NCBI GenBank assembly: GCA_965205505.1
Contig: CBDBHB010000008.1
Coordinates: 608,001 to 672,000 of the forward strand
Reading direction: 5' to 3'
Length of the DNA: 64,000 bases
Source of the DNA: Acidobacteriota bacterium
GTDB taxonomy: Bacteria; Acidobacteriota; UBA890; WLXD01
A model generated the notes under the pieces. The model ran no database searches and was not told the origin of the DNA. It was given only the letters and a program-made list of their open reading frames with translations. Below, in pieces: positions 62,699 through 64,000 of the stretch; the stretch's first letter is position 1; each line of letters opens with the position of its first letter. The translations under genes were made by a program, and so were the position numbers.

Positions 62699-64000
62699 CT
62701 ACTCGGCTCGCGCCAAATCCACGATGACGTCCCACATGAATTGGACGAAGCGGTGTAGCTCGTCTTCCAGGATGCGCTCCTGGTCACTGTGCGCACCGAA
62801 TCCCTTCGGGCCGTCTTCCCGGTCGATCGCCGGACCGATGCCGTAACACTCGATTCCCTTGGCGCGCAGGTACGCCATGTCGGTGGCGCCCGTCGCCATC
62901 ACCGGCAGGGTGACGGTGTCGTAGTGCTTGCTGATGTTGGCTTCGATGGTATGGAAAGCTTCGGTGTCGAGGCGCGACGCGCCCGGCGGGCGAAGGTTGC
63001 GTTGACCGAGCGAGACCTCGACCGCCGGGTCGTCGATCACCCTACGGATCTCGTCGAGGAACGCCGCAATGTCCTCGTCGGGAAGCGCGCGCAGGTCAAC
63101 CGAGCCGCTGGCGTCGGAGGGAATGATGTTGATTCGATAGCCGGCTTCGATGATCGTCGGCGACAGTGACGAACGTATCATCGAGGCGTGGCGTGGCTCA
63201 TGCTCGAGGAAATGCTCGTCGGCCGCACTCGCGGTCTCCGGATCGAGCACCTGCAGGTAGCGTGCCGCCGCCTCCGGCTCAGAGATCGCCGCCAACCGAC
63301 GAAAGTACTCGCTGGTGGTCTCGTTCAAGCGGATCGGGCTACGCCAGTCGGCGATCGCCGTGATCGCCTTGGACAGGTGCGCCACCGCGTTGGTCTTCAA
63401 CGGGACGGATCCGTGGCCGGCAACACCACGGGCTACCAATTCGACGCGATAGGGGATCTTCTCGACCGTCTCCACGGAGGCGTAGCGCACCGCCCCCGAG
63501 ACACGTGTGACGCTGCCCCCCTCTGCCAGGCAGTACTCCGCCTCGATCTGGTCGAGATGGTTGTCGACCATGAACTCGATCCCGTACTGCGTACTCCCCT
63601 CCTCTCCCGACTCGGCCAGGAAGATGACATCGCGCTCCAGCGCTACTTCGCGGCGGGCAAGCTCGAGCATGACCATCATGCCGGCAACGACGTTGTCCTT
63701 GTCATCGACCGTGCCGCGGCTGTAGATGTAGCCGTCGGCCAACGTGCCGCTGAACGGCGGGTAGGTCCACTTCTCGGGATCGACGTTTACCGTGTCGGTA
63801 TGCCCCATGATCAGCAGCGGCGGCTTCGCTCCCGAACCACGGAGCCGTGCCACGAGGTTGGGGCGGTCGTCGTCGGTGGCAAACATCTGCACGGCAATAC
63901 CCTCGGCCTCGAGGACGTCTCTGATGTACTCGGCCGCCGGCCGTTCGATGCCGGGTGGATCGCTCGTATCGAACCGCAACAGCGCCTGGAAATGGCGCAG
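62699..64000 (-). CDS. M20/M25/M40 metallo-hydrolase (5' end outside the window)
   Basis: GHTDTV, RGTVDDK, GEE, GHGS, GATD, AHSDQER. Confidence 0.9.
   Translation of the reverse strand: MRHFQALLRFDTSDPPGIERPAAEYIRDVLEAEGIAVQMFATDDDRPNLVARLRGSGAKPPLLIMGHTDTVNVDPEKWTYPPFSGTLADGYIYSRGTVDDKDNVVAGMMVMLELARREVALERDVIFLAESGEEGSTQYGIEFMVDNHLDQIEAEYCLAEGGSVTRVSGAVRYASVETVEKIPYRVELVARGVAGHGSVPLKTNAVAHLSKAITAIADWRSPIRLNETTSEYFRRLAAISEPEAAARYLQVLDPETASAADEHFLEHEPRHASMIRSSLSPTIIEAGYRINIIPSDASGSVDLRALPDEDIAAFLDEIRRVIDDPAVEVSLGQRNLRPPGASRLDTEAFHTIEANISKHYDTVTLPVMATGATDMAYLRAKGIECYGIGPAIDREDGPKGFGAHSDQERILEDELHRFVQFMWDVIVDLARAE

Overview
High-GC bacterial DNA, most likely Acidobacteriota: four ADOP-type duplicated ABC permeases (two paired with PadR), a BlaI/M56-TonB pair and many Tat- or Sec-exported hydrolases. 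Many genes carry single frameshifts, so either the assembly has indel errors or the region is decaying. About 2.8-3.4 kb and 17-32.4 kb are accessory: an integrase remnant with a tRNA-Leu-like att scar, one complete and one decayed IS3, an IS256 remnant, a tRNA-Ala-like fragment, a tandem pair of uncharacterised paralogues, and a small P4-like integrative element (integrase, AlpA, DnaB_N/AAA helicase, iteron inverted repeat). That element appears to have inserted into the palindrome encoded by the conserved LALGIGA motif of an ADOP gene. Best finds: (1) a DUF3179 protein with an in-frame UGA in a UxxC motif followed by a SECIS-like hairpin, probably a selenoprotein that the ORF track truncates; (2) a dispersed set of CTAG-bounded palindromic mini-elements stacked at gene ends, including a 279-bp MITE; (3) the ADOP-targeted integration site; (4) an ECF sigma/anti-sigma-YciI unit with a shared promoter motif; (5) a eukaryote-like sphingolipid delta-4 desaturase homologue. 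All protein family calls come from recognising motifs by eye, not from database searches.
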